Shown here in pieces: positions 27,043 to 34,757 of a DNA stretch of 58,784 nucleotides. Each line of letters begins with the position of its first letter. The stretch's first letter is position 1. This DNA comes from Alphaproteobacteria bacterium (GTDB lineage Bacteria; Pseudomonadota; Alphaproteobacteria; Rs-D84), in contig JAFURS010000016.1 in NCBI GenBank assembly GCA_017471805.1, forward strand, positions 1-58,784, read 5' to 3'. A program made the translations under genes and the position numbers. The notes beneath the pieces are model-generated. The model was not told the origin of the DNA and made no database searches. It saw only the letters and a program-made list of their open reading frames with translations.

Positions 27043-27861
27043 ATGAAATGCGTTTTAGATGATTTTTTAGATAAAGTTATTTGTGGGGATTCGGCCGAAG
27101 TGTTAAAAAATATCCCGGATAATTCGGTTGATTTTATTCTGACCAGTCCGCCTTATGATAATTTACGTAGTTATAAGGGATTTGTGTTTGATTTTGAAAC
27201 CATCGCAAAAGAATTACAAAGGGTTTTGAAAAATGGCGGAGTATTAGTCTGGATTGTGGGCGATGCCACAATAAATGGTTCTGAGACTTTGTCGTCGTTT
27301 AGACAGGCGTTGTTCTTTCAATCGATTGGTTTGAATTGTCACGATACAATGATATATCAGAAAAATAATTTCAGCAATCCGTCGCAGACACGGTATCATC
27401 AGATATTTGAATATATGTTCGTGTTTTCAAAGGGAAAACCAAAAACATTTAACCCAATAAAAGACAGAAAAAATATTTATGTTGGGTATTCTACACTGGG
27501 TGAAAATACAACAAGAAAGGCGGACGGTGGTTTTTCGAAAAATGGCAAGCGGACAATTCAAGAATATGGTATGAGATATAACATATGGAAAGGAAACACC
27601 GCAGGTCAAGAAAATATGTGCAAGCATATTGCACACCCTGCCCAGTTTCCATTGTGGTTGGCACGTGATAATATTATTTCGTGGACAAATGAAAATGATG
27701 TTGTGCTGGACCCATTTATGGGCGGTGGCACGACGGGATGTGCCTGCAAGGAATTGGGGCGACATTTTATTGGTATTGAAATTGAACCGACATATTGCCA
27801 ATTATCAACAGAACGTATTCAAAATCACAAATGTTGCGCCCCAGAATTACCGTTAAAGTAG
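27043..27861 (+). CDS. Beta-class DNA amino-methyltransferase (N4-cytosine or N6-adenine), Type II R-M
   Basis: Motif IV ILTSPPYDN near the N-terminus and motif I VLDPFMGGGTTG near the C-terminus (beta permutation); 272 aa. Confidence 0.88.
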   Translation: MKCVLDDFLDKVICGDSAEVLKNIPDNSVDFILTSPPYDNLRSYKGFVFDFETIAKELQRVLKNGGVLVWIVGDATINGSETLSSFRQALFFQSIGLNCHDTMIYQKNNFSNPSQTRYHQIFEYMFVFSKGKPKTFNPIKDRKNIYVGYSTLGENTTRKADGGFSKNGKRTIQEYGMRYNIWKGNTAGQENMCKHIAHPAQFPLWLARDNIISWTNENDVVLDPFMGGGTTGCACKELGRHFIGIEIEPTYCQLSTERIQNHKCCAPELPLK

Positions 27862-28458
27862 GTCGCTGGGCTTGTAAAGGTTTTTGTTATCTTGGTTGAA
27901 TTCTAGTTTCAATTTGACATTTTTCAAAAACATATCTGTAAAATGCCAATCCAGGATTGTATGTGGACCTTTGGCGTTTTCGCTGGTGGTTGCAAACCCA
28001 ACTAATAAATGCGGCGCATCCTTGGTTATTTTGGACGTGTTAGATGGCGAATAAAAGAAGGAACGAAGTGTTGATTGACCACTGGTGTGGGCAAATGTTT
28101 TAACCTCGATATAACAAATGTCGCCGTTTGGTAATTCAATACAGCCATCAGGATAACCAGATTCTTTGCAATGACCGTCAGTATCGGTCGGGGTATGATA
28201 GTTTAAACCAAGTTTTCTGCATTCGGATGCAAATAAATTTTGAACATAGTTTCCAAATTCATTTATGCGCCCAACATATGGATTTGCTGATTCGTTGTTA
28301 TGAGTTGCTGTGTTCTGGGCCGCAATTTTTAATTTGCCAAGCAATTCATCATTATCAAATTTAAGAACCCGGTGGCCGTCAATGCTTTCAACAACGTCTG
28401 CAAATCTAAATACGTGACCGTTTATGGATTTGATGTTGGATAATGCGTCTATTTTCAT
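27853..28458 (-). CDS. Putative Type II restriction endonuclease (PD-(D/E)xK fold, 201 aa)
   Basis: GYPDGCIELPNGDICYIEVK (PD...13 aa...EVK). Convergent with the methyltransferase, 9-nt overlap. AAGGAAG Shine-Dalgarno. Confidence 0.65.
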   Translation of the reverse strand: MKIDALSNIKSINGHVFRFADVVESIDGHRVLKFDNDELLGKLKIAAQNTATHNNESANPYVGRINEFGNYVQNLFASECRKLGLNYHTPTDTDGHCKESGYPDGCIELPNGDICYIEVKTFAHTSGQSTLRSFFYSPSNTSKITKDAPHLLVGFATTSENAKGPHTILDWHFTDMFLKNVKLKLEFNQDNKNLYKPSDLL

Positions 28459-28480
28459 TTTACTTCCTTTTTTTATTATC

Positions 28481-29005
28481 TTAACGAGAGAATATGCGGC
28501 GGGTTTGTAAAAATGGATTTACAAGTGGAACAGGACGATAGCCTGTTTTTTCAACACATACATTTATACAATTTTTATGATTGCTGAAATCATAATCTTG
28601 GATATGAATGTGGCCGTGAATGTTCGCTATGGGGTCATAATCGCCAAATTCTGGCAATGGTTCGTGTGATAACATTATATAGTTTTCGGCATCGTATATC
28701 GGATGCGAATATACACGATCAAATCCACACGATAACCACCAGGTTTCAGAATGACCACGGTCGTGATTGCCCATAATTAAATATTTACGGCCACGTAACT
28801 GCTGTAATATGGCACGAACTTTGTCTTTGGTTGCGCCATACATAATGTCGCCAAGCCAATAACAGATGTCTTGTTTGGAAACGGTTTCGTTGTAATTTTT
28901 TATCAGGGTTTCATTCATTTCTGATACGCTTGAAAATGGACGCTGGCCGTTGATAATTATACTTGCCGAATCAAAGTGTGGGTCCGAGAAAACAAATTTT
29001 GCCAT
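28481..29005 (-). CDS. Small calcineurin-type metallophosphoesterase (COG4186-like, 174 aa)
   Basis: SDPHF, LGDIMYG, GNHD, SHEP and HGHIH metal-binding motifs in canonical order. GGGGGAA Shine-Dalgarno. Confidence 0.85.
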   Translation of the reverse strand: MAKFVFSDPHFDSASIIINGQRPFSSVSEMNETLIKNYNETVSKQDICYWLGDIMYGATKDKVRAILQQLRGRKYLIMGNHDRGHSETWWLSCGFDRVYSHPIYDAENYIMLSHEPLPEFGDYDPIANIHGHIHIQDYDFSNHKNCINVCVEKTGYRPVPLVNPFLQTRRIFSR

Positions 29006-29020
29006 AGTTATTTCCCCCGT

Positions 29021-29938
29021 TTATAATTGTTTTAGGTCTTGGGTTAATGTCTGCAATCGCTGGACAATTGTGTTCCAAGAAACCTGAGGTTGTGTAAATG
29101 TGCCAGACATCGCATAATAATCATCAGAAAGTTGATATAGTGTTTTGTCGTCTGGGATTAAAATTACATCACGTGCGTGCTGTAATGGAATAATTTTTGT
29201 TGTGTGTATTTTCTGATACGAAATTGTGTCTGATAACATATGATGCGTTCGTTCTAGGTCTGTAAAATCAGACAACAACGCCACGTCACAGTAATGACGT
29301 GAATAGGACTTATCAACGTGGGGCGTCCGTGACAGCGCATTGGAATGAAGGGCAAAAACCTTGTCCCAGAATGTTTGCTGATATGCCACAGTTGGAATTG
29401 GGGCAAATGATTGTGGTAATGAATACGGCACAATCCCACGGTATGATATTTGAGCGGAACGATATTTGCGGGCGCTGATTTCAATGCACAGGTGGCCATC
29501 ACCATATTCAGATCGATATAACAAATGCAGTGCCGGTGATGATGCGTGGCGACCAGTGTTTTCAGGCGATGGCCAATCACGGTCGGTTATAATGTCAAAC
29601 ATTTCATCGTGGTTGATAATCGAATCTAGTTTTGAATAAATGTTCGAAAAAGTAAATGTTTTGAACGTTTTCTTGAAATTATTTAACTGACGTTTGGTGC
29701 GCCCAGATGACAGGTCTGTGAAATTTATCAAGGATAAATCTAAATCACGGCCGATACGACTGCTGATTTGATATGACTTGGTTAAGGTTGCACCGCCCGA
29801 AAATACAAAATTGCGACGAAAATAGTCGTTTTGGAAGATTTTATCCAAAACATAACATTCCAGATAGTCGTGAAGTGCTAGTCTGGGGTTTGGGGTGCGG
29901 TCAAATGCCTGATGTATTTCAGGTAATAATTTTATCAT
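29021..29938 (-). CDS. AbiEii/DUF1814 (MenT-like) nucleotidyltransferase family protein (305 aa)
   Basis: FVFSGGATLTKSY...RIGRDLDLSL (GG-x-x-L ... R-x-x-D-x-D) and C-terminal SRHYCDVALL, as in AbiEii-type toxins. Confidence 0.7.
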   Translation of the reverse strand: MIKLLPEIHQAFDRTPNPRLALHDYLECYVLDKIFQNDYFRRNFVFSGGATLTKSYQISSRIGRDLDLSLINFTDLSSGRTKRQLNNFKKTFKTFTFSNIYSKLDSIINHDEMFDIITDRDWPSPENTGRHASSPALHLLYRSEYGDGHLCIEISARKYRSAQISYRGIVPYSLPQSFAPIPTVAYQQTFWDKVFALHSNALSRTPHVDKSYSRHYCDVALLSDFTDLERTHHMLSDTISYQKIHTTKIIPLQHARDVILIPDDKTLYQLSDDYYAMSGTFTQPQVSWNTIVQRLQTLTQDLKQL

Positions 29939-29945
29939 AGTATTT

Positions 29946-29973
29946 AATTTAGCACATATAATTTGTTTGTCAA
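29946..29973 (-). promoter_or_regulatory. Predicted promoter of the NTase-phosphoesterase-endonuclease operon (leaderless arrangement)
   Basis: Minus strand TTGACA-N16-TAAATT, then 7 nt to ATG 29938. Confidence 0.55.
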
Positions 29974-29992
29974 TATTTTGATATTTAACAAT

Positions 29993-30021
29993 TTGACATT
30001 AGGCGGTTGAATCTGTAAAAT
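29993..30021 (+). promoter_or_regulatory. Predicted promoter of the DUF2155 gene (leaderless arrangement)
   Basis: TTGACA-N17-TAAAAT, then 7 nt to ATG 30029. Confidence 0.55.
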
Positions 30022-30028
30022 TCGAGGT

Positions 30029-30376
30029 ATGAAAAATTTATTACTTGGAATTTTGGTAGTTTGCGCCCTGCCCGATGTGGCAGATGCGTTTGTTAATCGC
30101 AATACGGCGGTTGTTCGGATTATGAATAAAGATGCCGGCAAAGTTCAGGAATTTGTTATTCCTGTTAACCAAGAAAAGCAATTCGAAAAATTGTTTATAA
30201 ATATTCGGGCGTGCAAGCAGACGGACCCTTTTCAGGCAGAAGATTTCTTTGCCTTTATCGAAATTTCAGAAAGTTCCAAAGGACTGATTTTTAGCAATTG
30301 GATGAGCCGTAATGAACCAGGTATGAATCCTTTGCAACATCCTGATTATGATGTGTGGTTGGTAAAATGCGAATAG
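30029..30376 (+). CDS. DUF2155 domain protein (alphaproteobacterial periplasmic protein)
   Basis: Signal peptide, then ...FINIRACKQTDPFQAEDFFAFIEISE...IFSNWMSRNEPGMNPLQHPDYDVWLVKC, as in DUF2155. Confidence 0.8.
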   Translation: MKNLLLGILVVCALPDVADAFVNRNTAVVRIMNKDAGKVQEFVIPVNQEKQFEKLFINIRACKQTDPFQAEDFFAFIEISESSKGLIFSNWMSRNEPGMNPLQHPDYDVWLVKCE

Positions 30377-30391
30377 TCAAAGGTTTTTAGT

Positions 30392-30781
30392 ATGCAAATA
30401 AATAAAATGGTTGGGTATATGTTGGGAAATTCTAGTCACGTTGTTGGTCGTGGCGAACAATGGTGTGATGCTGGGATTCAGGTCTTTGTTTGTGCCAACC
30501 AAGATACAGCACGGGCAATATTAGACGCATCACAAAAAGAATCACTTGAACCACATATTGTGTGGACAACGGTTTATCGTGTGCAGGCCAAAAATATCAA
30601 CATCGATAAATTTGAAAATGACCTGATGTGGACAACCCAAGGCGACAAGATTTTCGTTGATGGTCCGGTTATGTATCGTGAACCAGAAATTATGACAGAA
30701 CAACGGTTGTTGCAAAATGCACGCCTGATTCGTCCGCATTTTTCACGTCTAATGAACAACAATAAAAGGAAGGTAAGATGA
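30392..30781 (+). CDS. Hypothetical protein (129 aa)
   Basis: ORF only; ATGA-coupled to the next gene. Confidence 0.5.
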   Translation: MQINKMVGYMLGNSSHVVGRGEQWCDAGIQVFVCANQDTARAILDASQKESLEPHIVWTTVYRVQAKNINIDKFENDLMWTTQGDKIFVDGPVMYREPEIMTEQRLLQNARLIRPHFSRLMNNNKRKVR

Positions 30782-31083
30782 ATTTTATTAAGAAATATTT
30801 CAAGATTTTTATCGGAATTGCTGTGTTGATTTTGGTTATTGTTGTGTTCTTTTTTGCACAACGCAGCAGCACGCTGGAAACAGGCGTGTTAAAAGATTGG
30901 CGGGCGGCCGATTTAGATAGACGGGTTGCCGCAGTCCAAATCTTGGTTGGGGCAGATGAAAATACAGATACATTGGTCGCCTGTATCGATAAAATGGCAA
31001 CCCTGCCCGACAGTGGGGAAATGGCAATTCGTGATGCCGCATCATTGTGCCACACAGGAATGCAACTAAAAGAAAACTTATAA
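30778..31083 (+). CDS. Hypothetical single-pass membrane protein (101 aa)
   Basis: TM helix IFIGIAVLILVIVVFFF; translationally coupled on both sides. Confidence 0.55.
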   Translation: MNFIKKYFKIFIGIAVLILVIVVFFFAQRSSTLETGVLKDWRAADLDRRVAAVQILVGADENTDTLVACIDKMATLPDSGEMAIRDAASLCHTGMQLKENL

Positions 31084-31773
31084 ATGATTTTTCGTTTTTT
31101 ATTATCTGTTTTGTTGGCTGGGTGCAGTCTGGGGAATACAGACTTTCCTGGCCAGTATTTTTTAGGTGCCAGGTATTTAAATTCGCCGTTGGGTGAAGAA
31201 GTTGCCCCAGACAACGATCCGCTAATTCGGTTTGATGCGTTTGATTGCACGACGTTTGTCGAAACAGTTATTGCCGACAACAACTTAAAAAAACTGAATA
31301 AAATCAGATATAAAAATGGACAAGTTGATTTTCTTGCTCGCAATCATTTTATTGAAACTGATTGGTTGCAAAATAATTCAGATGTCGTGCAAAATGTCAG
31401 CAATCGTTATGGGCCTGTTCAGGTGCGAAGTGTAAAAATAGATAAAAAATCCTGGTTCAAGAAGGTTCATAATATTGAAACCGAATTTACACCACAGGTG
31501 GTCGATATAGAATATATACCTTATAAAAATGCAAAAAATATACTGCCGGAAAAAACTTTGGTAGTGTTGTTTATTACTGACAAACCAGAATTACGTGATA
31601 AAATAGGAACTGATTTAGCGGTGGTGCATATGGGATTGCTGTTGCCTAATGGGATGTTGCGACACGCATCAAGCACACAAGGCAGGGTCGTCGATGTTGA
31701 TATGGATGAATATATCGACAATCGAACACAAGACAAAACAAATCTGGGGATAACATTGGTTGAAATAAAATGA
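31084..31773 (+). CDS. DUF1460-like lipoprotein (amidase-like domain)
   Basis: Lipobox LLAGC. YLNSPLGEEV...FDCTTFVETVIA resembles DUF1460. Confidence 0.65.
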   Translation: MIFRFLLSVLLAGCSLGNTDFPGQYFLGARYLNSPLGEEVAPDNDPLIRFDAFDCTTFVETVIADNNLKKLNKIRYKNGQVDFLARNHFIETDWLQNNSDVVQNVSNRYGPVQVRSVKIDKKSWFKKVHNIETEFTPQVVDIEYIPYKNAKNILPEKTLVVLFITDKPELRDKIGTDLAVVHMGLLLPNGMLRHASSTQGRVVDVDMDEYIDNRTQDKTNLGITLVEIK

Positions 31774-32891
31774 GTGACGAAAAACTGATTATAATGGATA
31801 TGGGTAATTTAACAAGCGACACACACAGTGTGCGCCCCACCCTGTGTCTGGGGATTGAATCATCGTGTGACGAAACGTCGGCAGCAATCGTTGATAGCTA
31901 CAGAAATATACTGGCGCATATTATTTATTCACAGATTCCAGAACATCAAAAATACGGTGGTGTTGTGCCTGAATTAGCGGCACGGGCGCACATATTGGCA
32001 ATTGACGATGTTATTAAGCAAACCCTTGCCAAGGCAAACAAAACAATTGACGACATAGACGTTGTTGCCGCAACGGCGGGCCCGGGGTTGATTGGCGGGG
32101 TTTTAGTCGGCTGGATGGCGGCAACCGGTATTGCACAATCAACAAACAAGCCGTTGGTTGCGGTTAATCATCTGGAAGGACACGCATTGGTTCCACGTCT
32201 GAGCGCAACACTGGCAAACGGCAGTGCCAGTGGGGTGCAGATTGAATTTCCTTATTTGTTAATGCTGGCGTCGGGTGGACATTGTCAAATACTGTTGGTG
32301 CGTGGTGTCGGCAAATACGAAATGATTGGTCAGACATTGGACGACAGTGCGGGTGAAGCCTATGACAAGGTGGCAAAAATGCTGGGACTGGGGTATCCAG
32401 GGGGGCCGATTGTTGATAAACGGGCGCAAGCGGGTAATCCGAATGCATTCAAATTTCCACGGCCGTTGTGTGATAAACCAGGATGTGATTTTTCATTTAG
32501 CGGAATCAAGACAGCGGCAAGGACGTTCTTGGATAAACACACAGGTGAATTGTCTGAGGAATATATAAATGACTTTTGCGCATCGTTTCAGGCGGCGGTT
32601 GTGGACTGCATCACAAACAGACTGCAAAACGCATTAAAAGATGACCGTGTGCGTAAAGCGACACCAAAAACACTGGTGGTTGCAGGTGGAGTTGCTAAAA
32701 ACAGTGCCATACGCAGTGCAATGGAAAAAATGGCCCAGAAAAATAATATGATTTTTGCGGCACCACCAATGAATTTATGCACAGATAACGGGGCAATGAT
32801 TGCCTGGGCGGGATTGGAAAATTTTGCAATTGGCAATGTCGTCAAAGAACCTGTGGCGCCACGTCCACGATGGCCATTGACCGAATTATAA
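31770..32891 (+). CDS. tsaD: tRNA N6-adenosine threonylcarbamoyltransferase TsaD
   Basis: LGIESSCDETSAAIV, VNHLEGH, SGGHC and VAGGVAKN motifs. The N-terminal extension leaves the start uncertain. Confidence 0.93.
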   Translation: MSDEKLIIMDMGNLTSDTHSVRPTLCLGIESSCDETSAAIVDSYRNILAHIIYSQIPEHQKYGGVVPELAARAHILAIDDVIKQTLAKANKTIDDIDVVAATAGPGLIGGVLVGWMAATGIAQSTNKPLVAVNHLEGHALVPRLSATLANGSASGVQIEFPYLLMLASGGHCQILLVRGVGKYEMIGQTLDDSAGEAYDKVAKMLGLGYPGGPIVDKRAQAGNPNAFKFPRPLCDKPGCDFSFSGIKTAARTFLDKHTGELSEEYINDFCASFQAAVVDCITNRLQNALKDDRVRKATPKTLVVAGGVAKNSAIRSAMEKMAQKNNMIFAAPPMNLCTDNGAMIAWAGLENFAIGNVVKEPVAPRPRWPLTEL

Positions 32892-32892
32892 A

Positions 32893-32921
32893 TTGAAATA
32901 ATGGGGGTGGTGTGCTATACT
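32893..32921 (+). promoter_or_regulatory. Predicted promoter of ORF 32929 (leaderless arrangement)
   Basis: TTGAAA-N17-TATACT, then 7 nt to ATG 32929. Confidence 0.5.
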
Positions 32922-32928
32922 GCCCTGT

Positions 32929-33441
32929 ATGGATAAAGCAAAAGAACAATTATTTGAATCTGCAACTAAAAAGCTGATTGGTCAATTGGACACAATGGGC
33001 CTGGACAAGTTGTCACGTATGCAGGCCAAAAATTTTGTTCTGTTGTTTCGTGATAGTTTTAAGTCTGATGCGGTAAAACAGGCGACTTTTTCACGCACGA
33101 TTGGTGATGATTACAAAAAATTCCCGTATGACGCATATGGATTCTGCAAGGCGGCAAGTTGTGCGTTTGTAGGTTTGATGAACGCCCCGAAAGAGTGGCG
33201 ACTAATGTATATAAATGAAATTTGGGCGTATGGACCACACTATTATGTGCAACACATAAAATCAGGCCAGGTATTTGATTTGACATACGACCAATACGAA
33301 TACGACCGATTTACCGTGCCATACTATATGGGACAACCTGTGAAAATAAATCGTGAAGCCCAGGATACTGTTGTGCGATTTTTGCACTCTATCGGGATGG
33401 ACTTTATGCAATTTGTGAAAACCAACAACGCAAAAGAGTAA
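32929..33441 (+). CDS. Hypothetical protein (170 aa)
   Basis: ORF plus a precisely positioned promoter; no recognisable motif. Confidence 0.55.
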   Translation: MDKAKEQLFESATKKLIGQLDTMGLDKLSRMQAKNFVLLFRDSFKSDAVKQATFSRTIGDDYKKFPYDAYGFCKAASCAFVGLMNAPKEWRLMYINEIWAYGPHYYVQHIKSGQVFDLTYDQYEYDRFTVPYYMGQPVKINREAQDTVVRFLHSIGMDFMQFVKTNNAKE

Positions 33442-33445
33442 TATT

Positions 33446-34678
33446 ATGCAAAAACCCCTGCCGGCTGTTAATAACGACACTGTTTTTAGTGTGACAGATG
33501 CATCTGCATTGTTAAAGGGTGTTGTAGAAAGTGCATTTCCACGCATAAAAATACGTGGCGAATTGTCGCAAATTACACGGGCAACATCAGGTCATATTTA
33601 TATGACAATCAAGGACGCAGGGGCGGCTATTTCTGTTATTGTATGGCGGGGAACACCGATTCCGTTTAAGTTAGAAGATGGGTTAGAGGTTATTTTAACC
33701 GGTCGCTTTACAACATATCCGGCACGCAGTAATTATCAGATTGTTGCAAGCGAAATTGAAATGGCAGGTGTGGGTGCAATTCTTAAAATGCTGGAAGAAC
33801 GCAAGCGGAAACTGGCCGCTGAGGGCCTGTTTGACGAAAACAAGAAAAAGCCCCTGCCCCGATTGCCAAAAGTTATTGGGGTGGTCACCAGTCCAACCGG
33901 CGCCGCATTTCAAGACATTCAAAACAGATTGCGTGAACGTTTTCCTGTGCGTGTATTGCTTTACCCCGCAACAGTTCAAGGGGCAACCGCTGCGGGCGAA
34001 GTTGCAGCAGGGATTGAATACTTTAACAAAATGAATAATGTCGATGTTATTATCGTGGCACGTGGCGGTGGCAGTCTGGAAGATTTATTGCCCTTTTCAG
34101 AAGAAATTGTTGTTCGGGCCGCCGCCGCCAGTCATATTCCCCTGATTTCAGGGGTTGGACACGAACCAGACTGGATGTTAATTGACTTTGCGGCTGATTA
34201 TCGTGCGCCAACACCAACCGGCGCCGCCGAAGCGGTTGTGCCGACAAAACTGGCCCTGTTCCAAGAAATTGACAATATGTGGGTGCGATTGTCTGGTAAT
34301 TTCACAACACGCTTAATAAATGCCAAGCAGCGTATGGAATCCATCGTTATAAAAAGCCCAAAGCAAATGCTGATGGAACATACGCAAAGACTGGACGATG
34401 TGGGACGAACAATGAACATTATCATCAGCGCAAAGATGACGAACGCCCATCAAAAAATCGATGCTGTTTCATCATTTCCAAACATTATGCAAAATCGTCT
34501 TAGCAACTTGACCCAGGGTGTTTTACACCTGGGGCAGATGCTAAATTCACTTAGTTATAAAAACGTGTTGTCACGTGGCTATGCAATTGTGCGTGACGCA
34601 AACAATAAAATCATCAGCAAAATTGGCGACGGTCAGCCGACCAGTATCGAATTTGCCGATGGAATTATTTCATTATAA
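33446..34678 (+). CDS. xseA: Exodeoxyribonuclease VII large subunit
   Basis: FSVTDASALLKGVVESAFPRIKIRGELSQ...GHIYMTIKD (OB fold); VVTSPTGAAFQDI; ARGGGSLEDL. Confidence 0.93.
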   Translation: MQKPLPAVNNDTVFSVTDASALLKGVVESAFPRIKIRGELSQITRATSGHIYMTIKDAGAAISVIVWRGTPIPFKLEDGLEVILTGRFTTYPARSNYQIVASEIEMAGVGAILKMLEERKRKLAAEGLFDENKKKPLPRLPKVIGVVTSPTGAAFQDIQNRLRERFPVRVLLYPATVQGATAAGEVAAGIEYFNKMNNVDVIIVARGGGSLEDLLPFSEEIVVRAAAASHIPLISGVGHEPDWMLIDFAADYRAPTPTGAAEAVVPTKLALFQEIDNMWVRLSGNFTTRLINAKQRMESIVIKSPKQMLMEHTQRLDDVGRTMNIIISAKMTNAHQKIDAVSSFPNIMQNRLSNLTQGVLHLGQMLNSLSYKNVLSRGYAIVRDANNKIISKIGDGQPTSIEFADGIISL

Positions 34679-34721
34679 AGCACTCTTTCACTAAAAAAAA
34701 ATAGCAAAATTATGTTTTTAA

Positions 34722-34750
34722 TTGCTACGTATTATCATAATTGGTATAAT
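34722..34750 (+). promoter_or_regulatory. Predicted promoter of the MmeI-family gene (leaderless arrangement)
   Basis: TTGCTA-N17-TATAAT, then 7 nt to ATG 34758. Confidence 0.5.
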
Positions 34751-34757
34751 GTCAATT

